Of a stretch of 64,000 nucleotides of DNA, positions 18,467 through 25,623 are shown in pieces (positions within the stretch are counted from its first letter, which is position 1; each line of letters begins with the position of its first letter). Under the pieces are notes generated by a model, which saw nothing but the letters and a program-made list of their open reading frames with translations, did no database searches and had not been told where the DNA came from. The DNA comes from Chloroflexota bacterium (lineage in GTDB: Bacteria; Chloroflexota; Limnocylindria; P2-11E). The position numbers and the translations under genes were made by a program. The DNA lies in the NCBI GenBank assembly GCA_005889405.1, contig VBFY01000014.1, forward strand, positions 2,542 to 66,541, given 5' to 3'.

Positions 18467-18688
18467 ATGGCAATGACGCAGAAGGACCGCTACCTGATGC
18501 AGCGAATGAAGGGCTGACGAGGCAACTGAAGCCTCGGCTTCGAGGAGACCACGGGTATGGTCTCAAACGTGTTGGGCATGGACCAAGCTGAGCTCACGAA
18601 GCAGCTCAAGTCCTTCAAGACGAAGTACGTCGGCGATCCCGAATGGATCGAGATCCGTGCGGGCTTTCCGAAGTCGTGGCCGATCTAG
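18467..18688 (+). CDS. Putative small selenoprotein with two Sec (UxxxU), 73 aa
   Basis: MAMTQKDRYLMQRMKG-U-RGN-U-SLGFEETTGMVSNVLGMDQAELTKQLKSFKTKYVGDPEWIEIRAGFPKSWPI*; TGA at 18515 and 18527; fills the gap between operon genes; SECIS-like hairpins follow. Confidence 0.75.
18532..18564 (+). promoter_or_regulatory. Two tandem SECIS-like hairpins
   Basis: CCTCG-GCTT-CGAGG (18532-18545) and GAGACCA-CGGGTA-TGGTCTC (18545-18564). Confidence 0.6.
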
Positions 18689-18689
18689 C

Positions 18690-19124
18690 GTGACTAAGCA
18701 GAGCGCGGCGAAGGGGCGGCTGCTGAAATACGCACTCGCGAAGCCGGACGCGACCCTCGCGCATCCGTGGGGCGAGAACGTGGCCAAGGTCCGCGGCAAA
18801 GTCTTCGTGTTCTTCGGCCTAGACGACGGCAAGAGCGACTACGTCATGGGGGTGAAGCTCACGAGGGCGCTGCTGTATGCGAAGAGCCTGCCGTATGTCG
18901 AGGCGATGGGGTACGGCCTCGGAAGGTCCGGTTGGGTCAGCGTGAAGAGACCCAAGGGTGCGCTACCCAACAAGATGTTCGAAGAGTGGATCGACGAGAG
19001 TTTCGACAACGTCGCGCCGATGCGGAAGACCGCGGTCAGCAGCGCGGCTCCGAAAGCCCCAGGCCGACGCGCAGCGCGTCGCGCACTCGCACGTCGGACG
19101 TCATCACGAAGTAGCGGTCGCTGA
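18690..19124 (+). CDS. MmcQ/YjbR family DNA-binding protein
   Basis: HPWGENVAKVRGKVFVF, YGLGRSGWV, EWIDESF; GTG start 1 nt after the selenoprotein stop. Confidence 0.85.
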   Translation: MTKQSAAKGRLLKYALAKPDATLAHPWGENVAKVRGKVFVFFGLDDGKSDYVMGVKLTRALLYAKSLPYVEAMGYGLGRSGWVSVKRPKGALPNKMFEEWIDESFDNVAPMRKTAVSSAAPKAPGRRAARRALARRTSSRSSGR

Positions 19125-19566
19125 CCGCGAAGTTCATCGACTGCGAGCCTTCGCCGGTCGAGCCCGGCTGCCCGTTCACGGTGACGGTGAACTTCGTGAA
19201 ACCCGAGGCTGACCCGGCGGCTGTGCATACACGAACGTCGCCCGGTGGCGCATCGAGGAAGAGCACGTCGGCACCGACGCGGCTGCCGGCCAGCGTTCCG
19301 ATGAAAACGCGCGCGCGTCGTGCAACGCCAAGCAGCGTGTCGAACTTCGAACCACCTACGAGCTCGACGCGCATCCCGCTCGCGGTCAGCACGTCGAGCA
19401 CCGCTTGTTCCTCGGGATAACCTGGCAGCGCCGCGGGCTCACGCGAGGGCATAACCGCGGTCGACGGCGACACACTTGGCGAAGGCGCCCTACCCGTACC
19501 GGCCGCGTCGCAGCCGAACAAGATGATCGTGAGCAGGACTGCGCCGATGAACCCTGGTCTCATCAA
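19036..19566 (-). CDS. Hypothetical lipoprotein
   Basis: Lipobox LFGC, Ser/Pro linker, globular C-terminus. Confidence 0.7.
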   Translation of the reverse strand: MMRPGFIGAVLLTIILFGCDAAGTGRAPSPSVSPSTAVMPSREPAALPGYPEEQAVLDVLTASGMRVELVGGSKFDTLLGVARRARVFIGTLAGSRVGADVLFLDAPPGDVRVCTAAGSASGFTKFTVTVNGQPGSTGEGSQSMNFAVSDRYFVMTSDVRVRDALRVGLGLSEPRC

Positions 19567-19604
19567 AGACCATTACAGCGTCGGACGGCGCTGGTTCCCT
19601 CGGG

Positions 19605-20375
19605 TCAGTCCCTAGGCAGCCGCACCTCGGGGTGGCGTAGCACCAGCGGCGTCTTCCCCGACCAGTACACGTCGCGTTGGCCGGTCATCGCCTGGACGTG
19701 TCCGTCCCACTCGAAATTGAAGGCCTCGCAGCCGAGGCGCACCGCGCGCCGGACTTTGTCCTGCGTGGCCTCGTCGCGCGCGAGCTTGTGGATCATCGCG
19801 ATCTGTCGATCGCCGTGGCCCGTGTCCTGCTCCGCGTGGAGCTCGTAGGTCGCGGCGGCGCGCTTGCTGAATCCGTAGTGACCCACCAGTTCCTTGAACA
19901 CGCGAGCGGCCGCGCCGTCCGGTCCGCCGTGCATCGCTTCGACGTACGCGAGGAGCGCGACGCCTTCGAGCGCTGTGCGGTTCTGGCACCCCGAGCGGAT
20001 CATCTCGATCGCCGCGAGCGTGCCCGGCGCGGGATCGGCGCGGTCCGCTTGCTCGCGCGTGATGCCGGCCTCCTCGAGGAACTGCAGCATGATGTCGACG
20101 TGCGTCCGCTCGCCGCCGAGCTCCTCCATGAAGTTCTCCATCACCACGTCCATCAGGTCGTAGTTCCGTTCGCTCGCGACGTTGGTGACGATGTAGCCGA
20201 AGAAGATCGGGTTGGTGCGGACACGCAGGTAATGCTGGATCTCGCCGAGGATGATCTGCTCGCGGGTCCACCGATGATCGACGATGCCTTTAAACCAGGG
20301 ATGGTCCGGCATCCACAGTCCGCGGGCGACCTGCCACAGCTCCGCGACGAACGCGTCGGGCGGGGTCACAGCCAC
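19605..20375 (-). CDS. Heme-oxygenase-like diiron redox enzyme (TenA/PqqC/CADD superfamily)
   Basis: DHPWF, EELGGERTH, YVEAMH, HAEQDTGH metal-ligand pattern. Confidence 0.75.
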   Translation of the reverse strand: MAVTPPDAFVAELWQVARGLWMPDHPWFKGIVDHRWTREQIILGEIQHYLRVRTNPIFFGYIVTNVASERNYDLMDVVMENFMEELGGERTHVDIMLQFLEEAGITREQADRADPAPGTLAAIEMIRSGCQNRTALEGVALLAYVEAMHGGPDGAAARVFKELVGHYGFSKRAAATYELHAEQDTGHGDRQIAMIHKLARDEATQDKVRRAVRLGCEAFNFEWDGHVQAMTGQRDVYWSGKTPLVLRHPEVRLPRD

Positions 20376-20448
20376 GATCTAACTCTAGATGCGGCCGTCT
20401 GCCTCGGCCGATACACACCGATCTTGCGTGGTCAGCCGGCTCGGACGA

Positions 20449-20568
20449 TCAGCGCTTGTCGGCGATGCGGCGAAGGTAGCGAACGGCGAACACGCCGAGC
20501 ACGATGTAGGTGATCGTCGCGATCGCAGCGACCGCCGCGGCCAGGATCGCGATATCTGAGAACTCCAT
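20449..20568 (-). CDS. 39-aa single-TM small protein
   Basis: MEFSDIAILAAAVAAIATITYIVLGVFAVRYLRRIADKR; TAGACT-N7-ATG promoter pattern. Confidence 0.6.
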   Translation of the reverse strand: MEFSDIAILAAAVAAIATITYIVLGVFAVRYLRRIADKR

Positions 20569-20619
20569 GGCCGCAAGTCTACAAACCAGCGGGCAGGCAG
20601 ACGTGCCCCGCAAGCACAG

Positions 20620-20693
20620 CGGGCCGTGCGGGAATCGGACCCGCGACTTTCCGCTTAGAAGGCGGATGCTCTGATCCACTGAGCTAACGGCCC
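20620..20693 (-). tRNA. tRNA-Arg(TCT), CCA not encoded, atypical T-loop TCCGATT
   Basis: Cloverleaf GGGCCGT...ACGGCCC; anticodon arm TCCGC-CTTCTAA-GCGGA. Confidence 0.9.
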
Positions 20694-20718
20694 GCGTCAA
20701 TTATCGCGGGGAGGAGCG

Positions 20719-22116
20719 TTACCGGGCGGTGTGGATCGGTCTCCCCCGCGCGACGAGCGCGGCCTCGCGGAAGGTCTCGGCGAGGGTCGGGTGGGCGTGG
20801 ATCGTGGCGATCACGTCGTCGGTGGTCGCCTCGAGCCGCATCGCGAGCGTCGCCTCGGCGATCAGCTCGCTCGCCTGCGGCCCGACGATGTGCACGCCGA
20901 CGATCCGCTGGTCCTTCCCCGCCGCGACGATCTTCGTCACGCCTTCGCTCTCACCGAGAGCGCGCGCGCGACCGGACGCCTTGAATGAGAAGCGCGCGAC
21001 CTTTACGTCGTCGCCGTACTTCTCCTTCGCCTGCGCCTCGGTGAGCCCAACCTGAGCGATCTCGGGATGCGTGTAGACGACGTTCGGCACGGCGTCGTAG
21101 TCCATCGCGGCATCTTCGCCGAGGATCGTGTCGACCGCCACCTCGCCCTGCGTCGACGCGACATGCGCGAGCTTCGGAGCGCGCGGGTCCCCGATGCAGT
21201 CGCCGATCGCCCACACGCCCTTGACGCTGGTGCGCATGTGCTCGTCCACCGTGATGCCCAGCCGGTTGGTCGCGAAGCCCGCCTGCTCGACGCCCGAGTA
21301 GTTCGCGACGCGGCCGGCGCCCAGCAGGACCTCGTCGCCTGCGAACGTCTTCGACGACCCGCCGACATCGGCCGTCACCTTCACGCTGCCGTTGGAGCGC
21401 AAGACTTCGGTCACTTTCGCCTCGGTGACCACCGTGATGCCGCGAGACTGCAGCGCCCGCACGAGGAGGCGCACGAGCTCGGGGTCCGCGTAGGCGATCG
21501 GCTGCGCGAGCATCTCGACTACGGTGACCTCGGAGCCGAGCTCAGCGAAGAAGGTGCCGAGCTCGAGTCCGATCGCGCCGCCGCCGATGACGATGAGCCG
21601 CTTCGGCGGGGTCGTCAGCGAGAGCGCGGCGACGTTGTCGAGCGGCTTGGACTCGGCGAGGCCCTTGATCGGCGGTACGCCCACTTTCGATCCGGTTGCG
21701 ACGATGACATTCTTCGCATCGATCGCCTGCTCGCCGTTCGCCGTGCGTAGCTTGAGCTGCGTCGGCGACACGAGCGTGCCGTCGGCCTTGATCAGATCGA
21801 CCTTGCGCGCCTTGAGGAGCTGCTCGACGCCCGCGACGTTCTGCGCGACGACCGCGTCCTTGCGCGCCACGGCCTTCGCGAGATCGAAGCGCGCGCCCTG
21901 GACGATGATCCCGTGCTCTTCGCCATGCGTCGTGACCCAGTACGCGTGGCTCGAATCGAGGAGCGCCTTCGACGGGATGCAGCCCACCGTCACGCAGATG
22001 CCGCCGACGCGGTCGCGTTCGATGAGCGCGACTCGCGCCCCCTTGATGCCCGCGTGAAGCGCCGCGACGTAGCCACCGGGACCGCCGCCGAGGATGGCGA
22101 TGTCGTACGGCGTCAC
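20719..22116 (-). CDS. lpdA: Dihydrolipoyl dehydrogenase
   Basis: GGGPGGY, GGICVTVGCIPSK, GGGAIG, HAHPTLAE. Confidence 0.95.
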   Translation of the reverse strand: MTPYDIAILGGGPGGYVAALHAGIKGARVALIERDRVGGICVTVGCIPSKALLDSSHAYWVTTHGEEHGIIVQGARFDLAKAVARKDAVVAQNVAGVEQLLKARKVDLIKADGTLVSPTQLKLRTANGEQAIDAKNVIVATGSKVGVPPIKGLAESKPLDNVAALSLTTPPKRLIVIGGGAIGLELGTFFAELGSEVTVVEMLAQPIAYADPELVRLLVRALQSRGITVVTEAKVTEVLRSNGSVKVTADVGGSSKTFAGDEVLLGAGRVANYSGVEQAGFATNRLGITVDEHMRTSVKGVWAIGDCIGDPRAPKLAHVASTQGEVAVDTILGEDAAMDYDAVPNVVYTHPEIAQVGLTEAQAKEKYGDDVKVARFSFKASGRARALGESEGVTKIVAAGKDQRIVGVHIVGPQASELIAEATLAMRLEATTDDVIATIHAHPTLAETFREAALVARGRPIHTAR

Positions 22117-22471
22117 GTGAAAAGCGTAGCCACTTCAGATGCGTCGCGCTCCAATGGATGTGCCGCGTATCCATGTTTCGCGTACAGCCGCAGGTACAGC
22201 GGGAGGAAGGCGAGCCCGATGCGCTCGTATTGCCTCACATGTCGGAGCTCGTGTCGCCAGAGCGCGTCGGTCGGTTCGCGCGCGAAGATCACCACACGAC
22301 CGAACGTGATCGCGGAATAACCTCGACGCGTGAGCACGAGATGCGCCAGACCTCGGTCGCTCACGTAGAGAAAGCAGCCGTCGCGGAACCGCGGACGCGC
22401 GAACGACAGCCAGCCGAGAACGTGTCCGATCGGATCGGCGTGATGAGCGACTAGCTCGCGCGCCGGCTCAT
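22113..22471 (-). pseudogene. HExxH (DUF4157-like) small protein with apparent 2-nt frameshift near the start
   Basis: AITFGRVV...RHELRHVRQY. Frame extends upstream (ELVAHHADPIGH...) without a start; ATG 22471 is 2 nt out of frame across a (GC)n run. Confidence 0.55.
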
Positions 22472-22785
22472 TGCTCGATGCTATCGACGACCGCCTGAAC
22501 CGCCGCGGTCACCCGCGCTGCGTTCGTGACGCGCGGATCGAAGCGTAGCGTGAGCTTCCGGTCCAGCGCCACCATGCTCACGCTCACCACTCCCTCGATC
22601 TTCCTGCAATCCGTCACGACCTGTGACGCACAGGAGCTTCACATCAGGGCCGATATCTCGAGCGAGACCTCTTCGACATCCGCGGCGTCAGCCGTCGCAG
22701 GCGCGCGCTGCGCGCCGCCCGGGGTCAACACCGGCGAGCCGCATGCGACGACCGCCGCCAGCAAAAGGAAGGGCGCCAAACGCAC
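22468..22785 (-). CDS. Putative selenoprotein: lipoprotein with HMA (MerP/CopZ-like) domain, UxxC site, 105 aa
   Basis: MRLAPFLLLAAVVAC... then VSLEISALM-U-SSCASQVVTDCRKIEGVVSVSM...LTLRFDPRVT...IEQ*; TGA at 22641-22639 occupies the first Cys of the HMA CxxC. Confidence 0.85.
22603..22634 (-). promoter_or_regulatory. Bacterial SECIS element
   Basis: Upper stem CGUCAC-AGGUC-GUGACG with lower stem CCUGUG/UGCAGG; loop 16 nt after UGA. Confidence 0.8.
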
Positions 22786-22832
22786 CGTGTGATTGTGCGC
22801 TTGGCGCCCAAGGTCGCGGTGATCCTGAGGTA

Positions 22833-23051
22833 CTAGCGGTCGACGTCGTCGACCGGACGGTCCTCCTTGAGCTCGCCGATGCCCTGCTTCACCTTGCCCT
22901 TGGCTTGGTCGAGCTTGCCGCCGATCTCGGTCGAGCGATCGCCGCCGAGCTTGCCGGCCTCTTCCTTGACCTTGCCCTTGACCTCGTCGAGCTTGCCCTC
23001 CATCTCGAGCTCTTCGCCTGTCTTGTCCTTCATGTGTGTCTTGTCCTTCAT
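22833..23051 (-). CDS. csbD: CsbD family stress protein
   Basis: EGKLDEVKGKVKEEAGKLGGD...GKLDQAKGKVKQ; GGAGGG RBS. Confidence 0.88.
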   Translation of the reverse strand: MKDKTHMKDKTGEELEMEGKLDEVKGKVKEEAGKLGGDRSTEIGGKLDQAKGKVKQGIGELKEDRPVDDVDR

Positions 23052-23054
23052 GTG
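23019..23054. repeat. Perfect 18-bp tandem duplication at the csbD start (MKDKTH-MKDKT)
   Basis: tgtcttgtccttcatgtg x2. Confidence 0.9.
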
Positions 23055-23211
23055 TGCCCTCCACGCGATCTGCGATGCAAACAGATCGCCGCAAGAGCGG
23101 TGCCGCGACCCTCTTGGCTCGCTAGAGCGTTAGGAGGATGAACGGGACGTTGTTCGCTAGGTCGATGGAACCCACGGCAAGACGCACGACGTCGATGCTA
23201 CGGTGAGCGTC

Positions 23212-24219
23212 ATGGCGGTCACCGATGTCCTGGCTCTTGGCGCAAGCCTCCCCGCGGGCTACCGCGCGCGCGAATTCGCAGACACCGACCGCGACCAGTT
23301 CGTCCCGGCGCGCAACCGCGAGCAGCACTGGATGGAACAAGGAAGCGCCGCGGAGTGGCGCTACTGGGAGAACCTCATGAAGGACCCAAAGCTGCTCCGC
23401 GTCACCGTCGAAGCGCCGGATGGCAGCGTCGCCGCGATCGGCGACATCGGCGTCGGGTTCACTGCGCGACCTGACGGCTCTCAATTCATTGGGATGACGG
23501 TGCTCGCGGCGCATCGCCGGAAGGGCATCGGCGCCGCGCTGCTCGAGGCATTCGAGGAGGAGGGCCGACGCCGCGAGGCGCCGAAGCTCCTTGGAGGAGC
23601 GAACGAGGGCGAGAAGTTCGCGCTCGACTGGGCCCTCGCTCACGGCTACCACCAGATCGGTCGCCGCATCGCGTCGTATGTAGAGCTCGCGAAGTTCGAG
23701 CCCGGGCGGTTCTCCGCGGCCCTCGACCGCGCACACGCCGCGGGCATCACGATCACCAGCTTCGCCGAGACGCTGAGCGGCCGCGACGCCGCGGGCCAGG
23801 AGCAGTGGTGGCGCGCGCTGTACGCGGCGGAGGCGCCGATGTGGGAAGACATCCCGTTCGCGACGCCGACGCCGCACTGGCCGTGGGATCGCTTCTATGA
23901 GGCATCGACGAGCGAACGGATGCTGAGCGACCTGTCGCTCGTCGCGTACGCAGGCGATCAGATCGCGGGATTCACCACGACAGGCAAGAGCAAGGAGAGC
24001 GACGGCTGGACCTGGATGACCGGGACCGCGCGCGAGTACCGAGGCCGTGGCATCGCGCGCGCGCTGAAGGTCGAGGCACTCACGCGCGCGAAACGGATGG
24101 GCCTACGCGCGATGGGCACGACGAACGATGAGCCGAACAAGTCGATGCGTGAGATCAACGCGAAGCTGGGATATCAGATGCTCCCGGCGCACGTGGAGCT
24201 GGAGAAGGCGCTGGCCTGA
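23212..24219 (+). CDS. Tandem-domain GNAT N-acetyltransferase
   Basis: Two motif-A copies (HRRKGIG, YRGRGIARALK) and TTNDEPNKSMREINAKLGY. Confidence 0.88.
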   Translation: MAVTDVLALGASLPAGYRAREFADTDRDQFVPARNREQHWMEQGSAAEWRYWENLMKDPKLLRVTVEAPDGSVAAIGDIGVGFTARPDGSQFIGMTVLAAHRRKGIGAALLEAFEEEGRRREAPKLLGGANEGEKFALDWALAHGYHQIGRRIASYVELAKFEPGRFSAALDRAHAAGITITSFAETLSGRDAAGQEQWWRALYAAEAPMWEDIPFATPTPHWPWDRFYEASTSERMLSDLSLVAYAGDQIAGFTTTGKSKESDGWTWMTGTAREYRGRGIARALKVEALTRAKRMGLRAMGTTNDEPNKSMREINAKLGYQMLPAHVELEKALA

Positions 24220-25378
24220 TCTCCGCGGGAAGCAGCAGCAGGACGAGGCCGGCGGACAGGGCCGCGGTCGACGAGAGGAGCAGTCCCCCGCCCACGTCGG
24301 TCAGCTGCCAGATCGCGGTCGCGCCCAGCGCTCCGATGACCGTGCCGGCCTGGGCGACAGCGCTGACCACCCCGAACACGCGCCCGCGCCGCGCGGCGGG
24401 CACAGCGTTGGTGAGGAGCGCGAACCACGACGCGTTGTACGCGGTGAGCGCGGCGCCGGTGACGAAGCTGATCGCGTAGAAGAATGGTTTTGGAAGACCG
24501 AAGAACACGATGAAGCCGAACAGGAAGATCGGGATCGACGCGAGCACGGCCATGCGTCGACGTCCGGTGCGGTCGGCGAGATGGCCGAGCCAGGGACCGA
24601 GCGTGATGTCGCCGAGCCCGAAGATCGTGAAGATGATCCCGACGTCGAACGTCGACCACCCAAGGCGCGTGGTCACGAACGGCGCGTAGCTCGTGATCCA
24701 GCCGCCGAAGCCGATGAGCAGGAGGAGATTCCCTGCCAGCAGGACGAAGACCGTCCGATTCCAAACGCGGCCGCTCGCGGTGATGACCGCGCCGACGTCG
24801 TGCGGTCGCCCCGTCGGACGCGGCAGGAAGAGCGCGGCGACGAACGCCATCGCGCTCGTGGCAGCGACGATGAAGAACGGAGCACGAAGGTCGCCGGCCA
24901 CTGCAATGAGGCCGCCGAAGCCCGGTCCGAGGACGCTCCCGGCCGAGTTCGCCGCTGAGATGATGCTGTTGAAGAACGCGAGGCTCGCCTGCTCCGCGGT
25001 CTGCGAGATGTAGAGGCGCGTCGCGACCATATTGATGCCGCCGCCGAAGCCTGCGACCACGCGGTAGCCGATGAGCGCGACCGCGGTGGGCGCGGTCGCG
25101 ATGAGCAGATTCGCCGCCGCATACGTACCGATCCCGATCACGACGAAACGCCGCGCCCCATATCGGTCCATCAGGAAGCCCGAGACGAACTGAGCGAGGC
25201 CGTTCGAGACGGCGAAGCCGCTCGTCATGAGCCCGAGCTGAAGCGGTGACGCGCCAAGCGAGAGCGCGTAGAGCGGGAGCAGCGGCAGCATGATCGAGAT
25301 GCCGAGGCTCGAAACGAATGAGATCGTCGCGAGCACGGCGAGGGCCGGGCTGCCGCTGGCGCGCAGTCGCTGGAGCAC
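24155..25378 (-). CDS. MFS transporter
   Basis: 12 TM; GFLMDRYGAR and GHLADRTGRR motifs; start at GTG 25378 or ATG 25402. Confidence 0.88.
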   Translation of the reverse strand: MLQRLRASGSPALAVLATISFVSSLGISIMLPLLPLYALSLGASPLQLGLMTSGFAVSNGLAQFVSGFLMDRYGARRFVVIGIGTYAAANLLIATAPTAVALIGYRVVAGFGGGINMVATRLYISQTAEQASLAFFNSIISAANSAGSVLGPGFGGLIAVAGDLRAPFFIVAATSAMAFVAALFLPRPTGRPHDVGAVITASGRVWNRTVFVLLAGNLLLLIGFGGWITSYAPFVTTRLGWSTFDVGIIFTIFGLGDITLGPWLGHLADRTGRRRMAVLASIPIFLFGFIVFFGLPKPFFYAISFVTGAALTAYNASWFALLTNAVPAARRGRVFGVVSAVAQAGTVIGALGATAIWQLTDVGGGLLLSSTAALSAGLVLLLLPAEIRPAPSPAPRAPGASDIPASR

Positions 25379-25400
25379 GTGCGCGTACGCTAGCGAACGC

Positions 25401-25577
25401 ATGGGCGATCCTGTCGGAGGGTTCCTGTTGCTCGGCTCCGCACTGTGCGCGATCGGCGCGAGCCTCGTCGTCTGTTACGTGATCTGGCTCAACACCTGGG
25501 AAGGCTGGGAATCCTGGAACGCGCGCACCGGCCTCGATGCGGAGCGCGCGGACGAGGAGCGTCTTCTCGGCAAATAG
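25401..25577 (+). CDS. Small membrane protein (58 aa)
   Basis: One TM helix and Trp-rich tail, followed by a strong terminator. Confidence 0.55.
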   Translation: MGDPVGGFLLLGSALCAIGASLVVCYVIWLNTWEGWESWNARTGLDAERADEERLLGK

Positions 25578-25608
25578 AAGGAGGGAGGCGATCCGCCTCC
25601 CTCCTTCT
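25576..25608. terminator. Bidirectional terminator hairpin between convergent genes
   Basis: agaaggagggaggcg-atc-cgcctccctccttct, 15-bp perfect stem. Confidence 0.8.
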
Positions 25609-25623
25609 TCGTTGCGAGCGAGC

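Noticed and set aside
18467-22785. Genome-wide TGA reassignment (Trp or Gly, code 4/25) as the explanation for the in-frame TGAs
   Set aside because: Many genes here end in TGA at their natural C-termini with ATGA/GTGA coupling (1287, 17529, 18071, 30791), Trp is encoded by TGG, and the HMA TGA aligns with a Cys and has a SECIS.
25400-25403. Two divergent genes sharing one CATG as overlapping start codons
   Set aside because: The MFS more plausibly starts at GTG 25378, which has a -10-like box 8 nt upstream; kept only as an alternative.
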